From assembly GCA_963779415.1 (NCBI GenBank), contig CAVZYA010000002.1, forward strand, positions 1,120,001-1,184,000: 64,000 nt of DNA. Direction: 5' to 3'. Shown here one piece after another: positions 1 through 10,175 of the stretch. Source of the DNA: an uncultured Acidobacteriota bacterium. Its GTDB lineage: Bacteria; Acidobacteriota; Thermoanaerobaculia; UBA5066. A program made the position numbers and the translations under genes. The number at the start of each line of letters is the position of its first letter. Within the stretch, counting starts at the first letter, position 1. The notes beneath the pieces are model-generated. The model searched no databases. It worked only from the letters and a program-made list of their open reading frames with translations, and was not told the DNA's origin.

Positions 1-2
1 AC

Positions 3-2042
3 GGCGCCCTCCACGAGTACGAGATCGCCTATACGTTCGGGATCCGGCCGCTCCAGCAGTACCTCGTCCCGTTCCCCGGGGGGCGCCTCCAGTGCCTTTC
101 GGCCGCGTGGGACACGGAGAGGAAGCGCTGGTTCTTCGTCTACCCGGGGCGGGACGACATTCCGCCGGACGACTGGCTCCACTGGACGCGCCCGGGGCAG
201 AACTGGAACACGATGTGCGCCGACTGCCACTCCACGGCGGTGCAGAAGCGCTACGACGTCGAGGCGGACCTCTTCCGGACGACCTGGTCCGAGATCGCGG
301 TCGGCTGCGAGGCGTGCCACGGCCCGGGCTCTCTCCACGTCACGTGGGCCGACCAGCCGGCGATGGCGCGCCCTGCCGCCCCGAACTTCGCCCTGACGAC
401 GAGGACGTCGAACCTCTCGAACGTCCAGCTCGTGACGCTCTGCATGCCCTGCCACTCCCGCCGCGCCCAGTTCGCCGACCAGGGAATGCCCGGCGGCGAG
501 CCGCTCGACCACTATCTCCCGACGCTCCTCGGGCAAGGCGTCTTCCACGCCGACGGCCAGATCCTCGACGAGGACTTCGAGTACCACTCCTTCGTCCAGT
601 CGAAGATGTATGCCAATAACGTCAAGTGCAGCGACTGCCACGACGTCCATCGCGCGCGGCGCTACAAGGAGGGAAACGACCTCTGCACACGCTGCCACCG
701 GGCCGACACGTACGACGTCGAAACACACCATTTCCACAAGAAGATCGTGAAGGGAAAGTCGAGCGACGGCGCGCTCTGCACCTCGTGCCACATGCCGGGG
801 CAGAACTTCATGGTCGTCCACTTCCGCCGCGACCACTCGATGCGCGTGCCGCGCCCCGACCTTTCCGTGTCGCTCGGAACGCCGAACGCGTGCAGCGCCG
901 CGGGGTGCCATGCGGAGAAGCCCCTCTCGTGGTCCGTGGCCGCGTTCGAGAAGTGGTACGGCAAGGCGCGCAAGCCGCACTGGGGAACGGCGATCGCCGC
1001 CGGCCGGACCGGCACGCCCGAGGCGAAGGCGGGGCTCGTGACGCTGGCCGAGGACCTCCTCCGCCCCGCCATCGCGCGCGCCACGGCGCTCGATCTCCTC
1101 GGAGGTTACGGCGGCGCGGATGTCGAGGCGGTCTTCGATCGCACTCTCGCGGACCCCGACGCGTTGATCCGCCGGACCGCCGTGGCGCGGTTCCCCGGGC
1201 GAGACGCGGACCGGCTCGTCCGTCTTCTTTCGTCGCGCCTCTCGGACCCGGTGGCCGCCGTCCGGATGGAGGCGGCGGCCCGGCTGGCGGAGATTCCCGC
1301 CGCGAAGCGGACCGAAGCGCAGCGGGCCCTCGAGACGAAGGCCCTCGGGGAATACGTCGCCGCGCAGCGCTACATGTCCGACATGCCGTCGGGTCCCTTC
1401 AACCTGGGCAATCTCGCCATGGCGCAGGGGAATGCCGCCGAGGCGGAGCGCCAGTACCGGCGGTCGCTCCGGATCGACGACCGGAACGTCCTCGCGAAGG
1501 TCAACCTCTCGCTCCTTCTCGCGACAACGAACCGGATGGACGAAGCCGAGTCGCTTCTCCGTTCGGCCCGCGCATCGGGGGCGGGGGCGGCGACGATCTC
1601 GTTCAACCTCGGTTTGCTTCTGGCGGAGAGAGGAAAGAGCGCCGAGGCCGAGGAGGCGCTCCGTGCCGCGCTCAAGGCCGATCCGAATCTCGCTCCGGCG
1701 GCGTACAACCTCGGCGCCCTCGTCGGGGAGAAGAATCCGAGGGAAGGGGCGGCCCTCTGCCGTCGCGCCGCTGCCCTGAGCCCCGACCAGCCGCGATATG
1801 GCTTCTCCCAGGCCTTTTTCGAAGCTCGCGCCGGAGACTCACGGGCGGCGATCGCCACGCTGGAGACTCTGATCAAGCGACAGCCCGGCTATGCCGACGC
1901 CTGGCCGCTGCTCGGCCGGCTCTATCTCGGCGAGGGGCGCAAGGCGGACGCCCTTGCGCTCTACAGGAAAGGCGCCGAAACGGCGGAGCTTCCCGCGGAA
2001 GCGCGTAACGGACTCGCGGCGCTCGCGAAGAAGATTCAGTAG
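3..2042 (+). CDS. multiheme c-type cytochrome with HEAT/TPR C-terminal region (5' partial)
   Basis: Frame open from window start (YTFGIRPLQQYL...HWTRPGQNWNTM). Heme motifs CADCH, CEACH, CMPCH, CSDCH, CTRCH, CTSCH plus CSAAGCH; HEAT-like then TPR helices. Confidence 0.9.
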   Translation, partial: GALHEYEIAYTFGIRPLQQYLVPFPGGRLQCLSAAWDTERKRWFFVYPGRDDIPPDDWLHWTRPGQNWNTMCADCHSTAVQKRYDVEADLFRTTWSEIAVGCEACHGPGSLHVTWADQPAMARPAAPNFALTTRTSNLSNVQLVTLCMPCHSRRAQFADQGMPGGEPLDHYLPTLLGQGVFHADGQILDEDFEYHSFVQSKMYANNVKCSDCHDVHRARRYKEGNDLCTRCHRADTYDVETHHFHKKIVKGKSSDGALCTSCHMPGQNFMVVHFRRDHSMRVPRPDLSVSLGTPNACSAAGCHAEKPLSWSVAAFEKWYGKARKPHWGTAIAAGRTGTPEAKAGLVTLAEDLLRPAIARATALDLLGGYGGADVEAVFDRTLADPDALIRRTAVARFPGRDADRLVRLLSSRLSDPVAAVRMEAAARLAEIPAAKRTEAQRALETKALGEYVAAQRYMSDMPSGPFNLGNLAMAQGNAAEAERQYRRSLRIDDRNVLAKVNLSLLLATTNRMDEAESLLRSARASGAGAATISFNLGLLLAERGKSAEAEEALRAALKADPNLAPAAYNLGALVGEKNPREGAALCRRAAALSPDQPRYGFSQAFFEARAGDSRAAIATLETLIKRQPGYADAWPLLGRLYLGEGRKADALALYRKGAETAELPAEARNGLAALAKKIQ

Positions 2043-2078
2043 AGTACCGATAAGAAAAGGAAGAAAAAGGCCAAGACG

Positions 2079-2774
2079 TTGACCATGCACGGATCGAAGG
2101 GCCAACCGCGCCCCGGGATCTGGCGTTACTCGGCGGCGGGCTTCCTCGCGACGCTCGTCCTGATGTTCGTGACGGAGCCGTACGTCGAGCGACTCCAGGA
2201 CGGCCGGATCATGGGTGCGGGGACCCTCACCCTCGTCCTCTTCTCCGCAGGGCTCGCGGTCGGTGAACGGAAGAAGCTCCTGATCTGGGCGGCGGTGCTG
2301 GGAATCCCTTCGATCCTCCTGAGCTGGCTCTGGCACTATCGTCCGGACCTCGTCTCCCGGGAGTACTCGATCGCGACCGGCCTCCTCTTCGTCCTTTTCG
2401 TCTCGTTCCGCCTCTTCCGCTTCGTCCTCGGGGCCCCGTCCGTCGACTCGGAAGTTCTCTGCGCAGCCGTCGCCACGTACCTCTTGCTCGCCCTCGGCTG
2501 GAGTTTCTCGTACATCCTCGTCGGGCTGGCCAACCCGCACGCTTTCGCCTGGGCGGCCGGTCCGGCGTTGGGCCAGGCCATGGACGGATTCACGGCGATC
2601 TACTACAGCCTCACCACGCAGGCCACGCTCGGGTACGGAGACATCGTCCCGGTCTCTCCCACAGCGCGGCTCCTCGCGATGTCGCAGGCCGTCGGGGGGA
2701 CGTTCTACATGACGCTCCTCGTCGCCCGACTGGTCACGCTCTACAGCGCGAGGCCGAAGTCCGGAAGGTCCTGA
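2079..2774 (+). CDS. potassium channel family protein
   Basis: Multiple TM segments; pore signature YYSLTTQATLGYGDIVP. Confidence 0.88.
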   Translation: MTMHGSKGQPRPGIWRYSAAGFLATLVLMFVTEPYVERLQDGRIMGAGTLTLVLFSAGLAVGERKKLLIWAAVLGIPSILLSWLWHYRPDLVSREYSIATGLLFVLFVSFRLFRFVLGAPSVDSEVLCAAVATYLLLALGWSFSYILVGLANPHAFAWAAGPALGQAMDGFTAIYYSLTTQATLGYGDIVPVSPTARLLAMSQAVGGTFYMTLLVARLVTLYSARPKSGRS

Positions 2775-2858
2775 AGAGATGAAAATGGCATACGATGCCG
2801 GCCCCGGCCACTGCCAGTCACCGGCAAAGTGGCCATGAAACAGGAGGATTCGCCGAAC

Positions 2859-3413
2859 ATGAGATCGCTGAAAACGGCCTTGACCGTCGTCGCCGCCATG
2901 GCGCTGTCGGCCTGCTCGACCCTGAAGACGTCCTACGATGCCAGGCCGGGGACGGACTTCTCGAAGTACAAGACGTTCGCCTTCAAGGACACCGAAGACA
3001 TCAAGAACACGATCCTCGTGGACCGGATCAAGGGCGCCCTCTCGACGCAGCTGACGGCCAAGGGCCTGACGAGAAACGAGAGCAACCCGGACCTCTGGGT
3101 CGTGGCCCACCCTCGCCTCTCGAAGCAGACCCAGATCAACACGTACAACACCGGCTGGGGCTACGGCTATTACGGGTACCGCGGCGGCATGGGAGGCATG
3201 GGAACCTCGACCTCGACCGTCGAAGAGATTCCCGTCGGAACGCTCGTCATCGACCTCGTCGACACGAAGGACAAGGAGCTGGTCTGGCGCGGTACCGCGA
3301 GCGACACCCTCCAGGAGAACGCCACTCCGGAGGAGCGGGACAAGAACCTGAACGCCGCCATGGCCAAGCTCTTCGAGAACTTCCCGCCGCCGTCGGCCGC
3401 CAAGGGCAAGTAG
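2859..3413 (+). CDS. DUF4136-family lipoprotein
   Basis: GGAGG RBS at 2843; lipobox LSAC; DFSKYKTFAF and GTLVIDLVD..LVWRGTA motifs. Confidence 0.85.
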   Translation: MRSLKTALTVVAAMALSACSTLKTSYDARPGTDFSKYKTFAFKDTEDIKNTILVDRIKGALSTQLTAKGLTRNESNPDLWVVAHPRLSKQTQINTYNTGWGYGYYGYRGGMGGMGTSTSTVEEIPVGTLVIDLVDTKDKELVWRGTASDTLQENATPEERDKNLNAAMAKLFENFPPPSAAKGK

Positions 3414-3439
3414 GGCAGGAAGGAAGCTTCACTTTCGGG

Positions 3440-3485
3440 GCCGGGGGGAGCGCCGTCGCGGGTGCCTCCCCGGCTTTTTCTTTTC
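3440..3485 (+). terminator. putative intrinsic terminator
   Basis: GCCGGGG...CCCCGGC stem followed by TTTTTC TTTT after the DUF4136 stop. Confidence 0.55.
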
Positions 3486-3502
3486 GGACTCGCGCCCGCC
3501 CC

Positions 3503-4201
3503 TCATCCGTTCGTGGCGAAAAACGCCCGGATTGCGTCGAAAGAAGCCGACGGCGCGCGGTGGCCGCCGTCGAAGAGGAGGTGCTCGGCCGAGGCGAAGC
3601 GCGCCTCGAGTCGTCCCTTGTAAGGCGCGACCTTTCCGGGGGGGTACCACTCGTCCTGCCGGGTCGAGATGTGGAGGACGGGCGTGGCCTTCGAGAAGGA
3701 TGTCCCTCTCCCCCCGTCTTCCTTCCACTCTCCGGGAACGCCTCCGCAGAGTCCGACGACGGTGCGGAAGGAAGCGCCGTGCGGCGGGTCGAGGGCGAGC
3801 CGGTAGTTGAAGGAACAGGAGTGGCTGAAGCCGACGAGGGAGACGCGCGCGGGGTCCCCGCCCTGCTCGACGGCCCACTCGATGGCGGCGGCGACGGCCG
3901 CGCGATGAACGGCGCGGTTGTCCTCGACGTCGGGCGAGACGCCGAAGTGAAAGCCGACCTTGTGTTCCTCTTCGGAGGCTCCCGGGGCGTAGGCCGACTG
4001 CGGGCCCCGGATCGACACGAGGAGGAAGGAGCGCGGCGCGAATCGTTTCGCGAGGCCGAGCATCGGGAGGGCGTCCATCGCGTAGCCGTGCATCGCGAGA
4101 AGGACGGGAAATCGGCCGGCTCCCTGCTTCGAGGGAAGTGCCGGGAAGAGCCGGAGGGGAACGGGGATCGAGACGACGGAGGGGGCGGGCTTTTCGCTCA
4201 T
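3503..4201 (-). CDS. alpha/beta hydrolase, phospholipase/carboxylesterase-like
   Basis: LLAMHGY, nucleophile elbow variant GFSHS, D(EWY), GGH; start MSEKP at 4201. Confidence 0.8.
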   Translation of the reverse strand: MSEKPAPSVVSIPVPLRLFPALPSKQGAGRFPVLLAMHGYAMDALPMLGLAKRFAPRSFLLVSIRGPQSAYAPGASEEEHKVGFHFGVSPDVEDNRAVHRAAVAAAIEWAVEQGGDPARVSLVGFSHSCSFNYRLALDPPHGASFRTVVGLCGGVPGEWKEDGGRGTSFSKATPVLHISTRQDEWYPPGKVAPYKGRLEARFASAEHLLFDGGHRAPSASFDAIRAFFATNG

Positions 4202-4261
4202 CGGGGACGAAGAGCCTAGCAGGCGGGAACAACACGCCCCCCGTTTTCGTATCAGGTTCCG

Positions 4262-5266
4262 ATGGCTCCCTCCGTCGAGGTCCATGCGCTGACGAAGGTT
4301 TATGGCCCCGGAACGGGGCGGCGCGGGATCCGCGCGCTCGACGGCGTGTCGTTCCGCGTGGAGCGGGGCGAACTCTTCGGCCTTCTCGGGCCGAACGGCG
4401 CGGGGAAGACGACGGCCGTGAAGATCCTCCTCGGCCTCACGCATCCGACCGAAGGCGAGGCGCGGCTGCAGGGTATGTCCGCGAGCGACCCGGCCAGCCG
4501 CCGCCACGTCGGCTACCTTCCTGAAGGGCACCGGTTCCCCGGTTACCTGACGGCCCGCGAGACGCTGCGGGTCTTCGGGAGGATGTCAGGGATGTCCCGC
4601 GAATCGATCTCGCGGCGGGTCCCGGAGCTTCTCGCCCGGGTGAAGCTCGCCGACTGGGCCGACGTGAAGGTGAAGAAATTCTCGAAAGGGATGACGCAGC
4701 GCCTCGGGCTCGCCGCCGCCCTCGTCCACGACCCCGACGTCCTCCTCCTCGACGAGCCGACGGACGGGGTCGACCCGGTCGGCCGGCGCGAGATCCGCGA
4801 CCTCCTCCGCGAGGAGGCGGCGCGCGGAAAGGCGATCCTCCTGAACTCGCACCTCCTCTCCGAGATCGAGGTGACCTGTGACCGCGTGGCCGTCCTCCGG
4901 AAGGGCAAGCTCGCGGCGATCGGGACGATCGAGGAGCTGACGGCGGGGACGAGAGATGGAGAACCGAGGAGTTCTTCGAAGGTGTACAGACTGGTCGCCT
5001 CTCCTCTCACCGAGGAACTCCTCGCGGCTCTGCGAGAGAAAGGCGCGGGGGCGGAGCGCTTGAACGGGCACGTGCAGCTGACGGCTCGCGACGTCGCCCA
5101 CCTCAACGAGCTGATCGACGAGCTGCGGGCGCGCGGAAGCGTCCTTTCAGAGTTGACGCCGGTCCGCTCGACCCTCGAAGACGTGTTCGTGGATCTCGTG
5201 CGGGCCGCCGCTCCGGCCAGCGATCCCCTCTCTTCACCTTCTGAGAAAAGCGACGTCACGGCCTGA
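4262..5266 (+). CDS. ABC transporter ATP-binding protein
   Basis: Walker A GPNGAGKTT, signature FSKGM, Walker B LLLDEP, H-loop SH. Confidence 0.95.
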   Translation: MAPSVEVHALTKVYGPGTGRRGIRALDGVSFRVERGELFGLLGPNGAGKTTAVKILLGLTHPTEGEARLQGMSASDPASRRHVGYLPEGHRFPGYLTARETLRVFGRMSGMSRESISRRVPELLARVKLADWADVKVKKFSKGMTQRLGLAAALVHDPDVLLLDEPTDGVDPVGRREIRDLLREEAARGKAILLNSHLLSEIEVTCDRVAVLRKGKLAAIGTIEELTAGTRDGEPRSSSKVYRLVASPLTEELLAALREKGAGAERLNGHVQLTARDVAHLNELIDELRARGSVLSELTPVRSTLEDVFVDLVRAAAPASDPLSSPSEKSDVTA

Positions 5267-5281
5267 GGGAAGGTCACCGAG

Positions 5282-6136
5282 ATGCGAGCTTTGGCAGCCA
5301 ACATCGAAGACGTCTTTCGCGAGGCGGCGGCGCGCTGGACGCTCGTGGCGTACTTCGTCCTCTCGTCGCTCTTCATCCTCATCTTCGCCTCCGCCCTGAA
5401 CCTCGACGTCGTGAACGGCGCCCTCGCGGGCGCGAAGCTCTTCGGGAGAAGCGTCCGGATCGGGCACGGCGAAGTGGACCTCGACCGGCTCGTCCTCGGA
5501 TTCGAGGCGGGCTTCTCGGGGTTCCTCTACGTCGTCGGCACCTTCCTCGCGGTATTTGCGACGGCGCACCTCGTCCCGAGGCTCCAGGAGAAAGGGACGA
5601 TCGACCTCTACCTCTCGCGCCCCGTCGGGAGGGTCCCGCTCCTCCTCTCCCGCTATCTCGCCGGGCTCCTCCTCGCCGCCGCCAACGTCGTCTACCTCAT
5701 CGGCGCGATCTGGCTCGCCGTCATCATGAAGACGAGGGTGGTCCACCCCCGGTTCCTTCTTGCGGCAGCGATCATCCTCTTCGTCATCGCGGCGCTCCTG
5801 GCTTTCGCCTTCCTCGTCGGCGTCGTCACGTCGTCGACCGGCGTCTCGATCATGGCGACCTTCGCTCTCTTCTTTCTCGGAGCGATTCTCGCGGGGCACG
5901 AGAAGATCGAGGCGGCCGTGTCGTCCGAATGGGCGGCTCGGACGGTGCGAGTCCTTTACTGGATCCTCCCCAAGACGGCGGAGCTGGGCCGCGCCGTCGT
6001 GGCGCTCGTCTTCGGGAGCGAAGGGCCCGAGCGCCTGCGGGAAGGGCTGACCCTCGCGCCCTTCCTCACGACCTTCCTTTTCGGCCTCGGCTCGCTCGCT
6101 CTCGCCGCCGTGCTTTTCCGCAGAAAGGACTTCTGA
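5282..6136 (+). CDS. ABC-2 type transporter permease
   Basis: About 6 TM helices, EKGTIDLYLSRPVGR motif, C-terminal FRRKDF; follows the ATPase. Confidence 0.88.
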   Translation: MRALAANIEDVFREAAARWTLVAYFVLSSLFILIFASALNLDVVNGALAGAKLFGRSVRIGHGEVDLDRLVLGFEAGFSGFLYVVGTFLAVFATAHLVPRLQEKGTIDLYLSRPVGRVPLLLSRYLAGLLLAAANVVYLIGAIWLAVIMKTRVVHPRFLLAAAIILFVIAALLAFAFLVGVVTSSTGVSIMATFALFFLGAILAGHEKIEAAVSSEWAARTVRVLYWILPKTAELGRAVVALVFGSEGPERLREGLTLAPFLTTFLFGLGSLALAAVLFRRKDF

Positions 6137-6137
6137 C

Positions 6138-7115
6138 ATGAGACGAATCGCTCTTTCCCTTCTCCTCCTGGTCGCCGTCGCCTTCCCGGCCGCCGCGGCA
6201 AAGCCCGCCGACGACGCCCTCGCCCTGATCCCGCCGGATGCCGCGTCCGCCGGGCTCGTCCGCGTCCTCGATCTCCGGACGAGCCCGCTCTTCGAACGCG
6301 TCTTCAACGAGACGGGCCGGATGTCGGCCGACGCCGACGCGGCCCGCTTCCTCGCCGAGACGGGGCTCGACCCGAAGAAGGACGTCGACCTCGTCGTTTT
6401 CGCCGGCTCTCCGGGCCGGAGCGACGGCGGCTGGGTTCTCGTCGCCTTCGAGGGGCGCTTCGACGCGGCGAAGCTCGCCTCGGCGGCCGCGGAGCGCGGT
6501 GCCGGGAAGAAGACCACGGGCGACGGCGACTACTACCTTCTGAAGGAGATGAAGCACGGCGAGACCTCTCACGAGGGGGGTGCCATCGCCTTCGTCTCGA
6601 ACCGGCTTCTCGTGGCCGGGAGCGAATCGGCCGTGGCGCAGGCGCTCGCCCGGAGGGCCGCGGGGGGCGGGGGCTTCACCGCCGGTGCGGGGCTCGGCCG
6701 CGAGACCTCCCGCCTCGATCCGAAGGCGTCGGCATGGGTCCTCGTCGACGTGGCGAAGGTCCCGATGACAAGGCACGGGCACAGCGGGGACGGCGACAGT
6801 CCGGCTGCGGCCGTCATCTCGGCGATGAGATCGGTCTCGCTGGTCGCCCTCTCGGTCACCGTCGACGGCGACGCGCTGAAGCTCTCCGCGACGGGCGTCT
6901 CCACCGACGTCGAGTCTCGGCAGGACCTGGAAGACGCCATTCGCGGCGTCCTCGCCATCTGGCGGATGACGGTGCAGGAAAAGCACCCCGACCTCGTCCC
7001 GGTCCTCCGGGGATTCAAGGTGACTCAGGGAAAGGACAGCGTCACGCTCTCGGGAACGATCCCGGGCCCGACCCTGCGGGAGCTGGCGGCGAAGAAGGGG
7101 AACGCGGCGCATTGA
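6138..7115 (+). CDS. secreted hypothetical protein (DUF3352-like periplasmic partner)
   Basis: Signal peptide MRRIALSLLLLVAVAFPAAA; LALIPPDA and GLDPKKDVD motifs; starts 1 bp after the permease stop. Confidence 0.7.
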   Translation: MRRIALSLLLLVAVAFPAAAAKPADDALALIPPDAASAGLVRVLDLRTSPLFERVFNETGRMSADADAARFLAETGLDPKKDVDLVVFAGSPGRSDGGWVLVAFEGRFDAAKLASAAAERGAGKKTTGDGDYYLLKEMKHGETSHEGGAIAFVSNRLLVAGSESAVAQALARRAAGGGGFTAGAGLGRETSRLDPKASAWVLVDVAKVPMTRHGHSGDGDSPAAAVISAMRSVSLVALSVTVDGDALKLSATGVSTDVESRQDLEDAIRGVLAIWRMTVQEKHPDLVPVLRGFKVTQGKDSVTLSGTIPGPTLRELAAKKGNAAH

Positions 7116-7162
7116 AGACCATGGGCATAGAATCCGCCTTCTGAAAAGGAGGATTCCCCCAA

Positions 7163-7729
7163 ATGAGAACGTGGAAAACCCCGATTGCCCTTGCGGCGTT
7201 TCTCGCCGCCACCCTTTCCGTTTCGGCAGCTGACGAGCCGAAAGCAAAACCGCACTCGATCTCCCAGACCGAGACCGTCACCGCGACGATCACCGCCATC
7301 AACCCGGCGACGCGCGAGATCACTTTCAAGGGACCGGAAGGCAACTCGGTCACCCTGGTGGCCACCGAGGCGGTCAAGCGCTTCAACGAGCTGAAGGTCG
7401 GTGACCAGGTGAAGATCACCTACACCGAGTCGCTTGCGGCGCGCATCGCCAAGCCGGGAGAGGCCGCGACGTCCGCCGCCGGAGAGATGGGCCGGTCGAC
7501 GGGGCCGAAGCCGGGCGGCGCGGCGAAGGCCGAGGTGACGGTCGTCGTCACGCTCGAGAACGTCGACCCGAAGGTCCCGTCCGTCACATTCAAGACGGCG
7601 AACGGAGAGATGCACACGGTCCACGTCAGGCACGCGAAGAATCTCGAGGGCTACAAGGCGGGGGACAAGGTCGCGCTCACCTACACGGAGTCGCTGGCCA
7701 TCGACGTCGAGCCCGCAGCGAAGAAGTAG
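7163..7729 (+). CDS. secreted protein with two OB-fold-like repeats
   Basis: GGAGG RBS; signal peptide; internal repeat ELKVGDQVKITYTESLA / GYKAGDKVALTYTESLA. Confidence 0.8.
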   Translation: MRTWKTPIALAAFLAATLSVSAADEPKAKPHSISQTETVTATITAINPATREITFKGPEGNSVTLVATEAVKRFNELKVGDQVKITYTESLAARIAKPGEAATSAAGEMGRSTGPKPGGAAKAEVTVVVTLENVDPKVPSVTFKTANGEMHTVHVRHAKNLEGYKAGDKVALTYTESLAIDVEPAAKK

Positions 7730-7756
7730 CTTCCGGAAATTCCCCGGAAAAAGGAG

Positions 7757-7788
7757 AGGAGGCGCCGAAGGGCGCCTCCTTTTTTTTT
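7757..7788 (+). terminator. intrinsic terminator between convergent genes
   Basis: Perfect 10-bp stem AGGAGGCGCC-GAAG-GGCGCCTCCT followed by T8. Confidence 0.9.
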
Positions 7789-7803
7789 CGGCGGAACGGG
7801 CGA

Positions 7804-10035
7804 TCAGTTCGGCTTCTTCTTCCCGCCGCTCTGCGGGCGGCTGACCTGAGGCTTGCTCGTCTGCGGGCGGCTCTGCGTCTGAGGACGGCTCTGCTTCTGC
7901 GGGAGGGTCCGCGTCTGGGGACGGCTCTGCTGGAAGCTCTGGGCCTTCTGGTTGCCGCGGTCGCGGGCCGCCGCGTCTCTCTGGAGTTTCTGGCTGACGC
8001 TCGGGTCGTTCTGCCAGCCTCCTTTGTCGTGCTTCTGCCACTGGCCGGCGTCCTTCCGGTAGACGTTGCCGCTGCGATCCGCATAGACGTCGTTCGGCCT
8101 GGTCCTCGGCCGGGCCACGTCGCGGGTGACCGGGCCTCGGTCACGCGCCACCGGGGCCTCGCGGCCGGGGCGGTGCTGGGAGAGCTTCGCCTCGGGGGCG
8201 TTGCGCGTCCTGTTCGCCGGCCGGTTGTAGAGGTTGTTCGAGGCGTAATGCGTCGGCCGGGCGTTCCCGCCGGGAGGAGGACGGTATCCGAGCGGATACC
8301 CGCCGGCGGGGCGATAGCCCGGGTATCCGTGGCCGTAGTAGGGCGGCCTGTATCCGCCGGGGCCATACCAGCCGCCGTGCCAGCCGCCGTAGTAGCCGCC
8401 GTGGCCGTACCACCCTCCGCCCATGTTCCAGCTCATCCCGAAGCTCATGAAGCCGTTCGACCAGCCGAACCCCATCGACCAGCCGTACCAGGGGTTGTAG
8501 TGGACGCCGAGGCCGTAAGTAATGGGGCGAGGGTAGTAGTAGGCGCCGTACCACGGTCGATAGTGGTAGCCGGTCCCCCAGACGACGGTCGGGCCCCACG
8601 GATAGCAACCGACATAGCCGGGGGTGTAGCCAACATAGACGACGCTCGGCGTAGAGTCGTACACGTAGACGTACTTCGTGCTGTAGACGGGGCTCGAAGG
8701 GGGAATGTCGTCGACTTCGTCGGGCCGCATGTCGCTGACTTCCCACGGGCCCGTCGGGCTCGAGGAGACGTACCAGACGGCCTGGTCGCAGGCGAAGTAC
8801 CTCCCCTTCACCCTCAGAACTGGGGTGGGCGTGTTGATGGCGTACTCGATTCCGGCGCCGGAGATCGCCTCGAACTTCGGGGCTCCGTCGTAATTCACGT
8901 CGAGCTTCGCATTACTCCGGTCGATCGTCTGCGTCTGGGGGATCTGCGCGTCGAGGACGGCGTCTTCGGCCTCGTCGGTGCCGGCCACGCTCGCCCGCAC
9001 GTCGGCCGCGTCAGACTGGGGCGGAATCTTCGCGAAGTCTCCCGGGAGCTTGTCGGCGGGAACGTACGTCCAGGGGCCGTCGAACGACTTCGCCGAGTAC
9101 CAGCGGCCGGCGGCGAGTACCAGAGTCCCCTGTGACTCGATGTCTTTGAAGACATCGCTGGTGGTGTTCTCAGCGAAGAGGAGATTCGTTCCCGTGATCG
9201 GCTTCCACCTCGGCTCTCCATCGAACGAGATCAGCTCGGCCGGAACGGTGGAGACGACGATTGCCGGGGGAGAGTCCGGCTGGGGCTCCGGCTCCGCGTT
9301 CGGGTCCTTCGGCGTCTTCGCCAGGGCCTCCTTAACGACCCTTTCCACGTCGGCCGGGGGTTCCGGGATGCCCGTGAACGGCCCCGTCGCAGCCGGCGCT
9401 GCGTACCAGAACTTGCCGTTGGACGTGTAGAACTGCTTCCCGTCCGTCAGGATCGCGACGGGCGTATTGACGACGCGCCCGAGCGACGTCCCAGCGATCT
9501 CCTGGAGCTTCGGCTCGCCGTCGATCAGGACGAGGACCGACGGTTCGTTCTTCACGATGATCTTCGGCGGATCGGCCTTCAGCCCCTGGGCCGAAGTCTG
9601 CTCCCTTTCGGCTGCCGAGAGGGCCGCCGTGAAGCGGTCGAGCGACATCGTGAAGGTCCACTGGGCGATCCGGGGACCCGCGAGGTCCGCGAACCTCTTC
9701 TCCTTCTCGGGCGTGATGTTCGGGAAGCGCGTCCTCTCGATGAGGGCCTCCGAGAACGTGACGGTCCGCGCGTCGCGATCGGTCTTCACCTTCACCATGA
9801 GCCACGTGACGCCGAAGACCGGCTCGCTCTTCTGGTTTCCCTGATACGAAAGCGCGGCCCGCGCCTTCACGACGTCGCCCTTCATCGACTCGATCTGGGG
9901 CTGGTAGATCGTCACCGTTCCGTTCTTCATCGGAACCTCGCGCGGCCAGCCCGCGTCGTCGACGGCCAGCGCCACGCCCGCGAAGAGAACGATGCCGACG
10001 AGCGCAGAGAGAGAGATGCTTCGAAGGGTATTCAT
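7804..10035 (-). CDS. large secreted protein (family often labelled carbohydrate-binding V/XII-like) with G/Y/W-rich and QSRPQT-repeat tail
   Basis: Signal peptide; GWPR..TIYQPQIE start; YTPGYVG and YADRSGNVYR motifs. Confidence 0.75.
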   Translation of the reverse strand: MNTLRSISLSALVGIVLFAGVALAVDDAGWPREVPMKNGTVTIYQPQIESMKGDVVKARAALSYQGNQKSEPVFGVTWLMVKVKTDRDARTVTFSEALIERTRFPNITPEKEKRFADLAGPRIAQWTFTMSLDRFTAALSAAEREQTSAQGLKADPPKIIVKNEPSVLVLIDGEPKLQEIAGTSLGRVVNTPVAILTDGKQFYTSNGKFWYAAPAATGPFTGIPEPPADVERVVKEALAKTPKDPNAEPEPQPDSPPAIVVSTVPAELISFDGEPRWKPITGTNLLFAENTTSDVFKDIESQGTLVLAAGRWYSAKSFDGPWTYVPADKLPGDFAKIPPQSDAADVRASVAGTDEAEDAVLDAQIPQTQTIDRSNAKLDVNYDGAPKFEAISGAGIEYAINTPTPVLRVKGRYFACDQAVWYVSSSPTGPWEVSDMRPDEVDDIPPSSPVYSTKYVYVYDSTPSVVYVGYTPGYVGCYPWGPTVVWGTGYHYRPWYGAYYYPRPITYGLGVHYNPWYGWSMGFGWSNGFMSFGMSWNMGGGWYGHGGYYGGWHGGWYGPGGYRPPYYGHGYPGYRPAGGYPLGYRPPPGGNARPTHYASNNLYNRPANRTRNAPEAKLSQHRPGREAPVARDRGPVTRDVARPRTRPNDVYADRSGNVYRKDAGQWQKHDKGGWQNDPSVSQKLQRDAAARDRGNQKAQSFQQSRPQTRTLPQKQSRPQTQSRPQTSKPQVSRPQSGGKKKPN

Positions 10036-10175
10036 CGGAATCACCTCGAGCCGACAGGACTCTAGCCCGCCGGTCGGCTCCAGTTTAGGACAGGGCTCCG
10101 GGAAGGGGGCGGCTCGGGCCCGCTGGCGGTCCCAAGGAAAGACGGCGACAATCCCGAATGAAAGAGAGAGAACCA

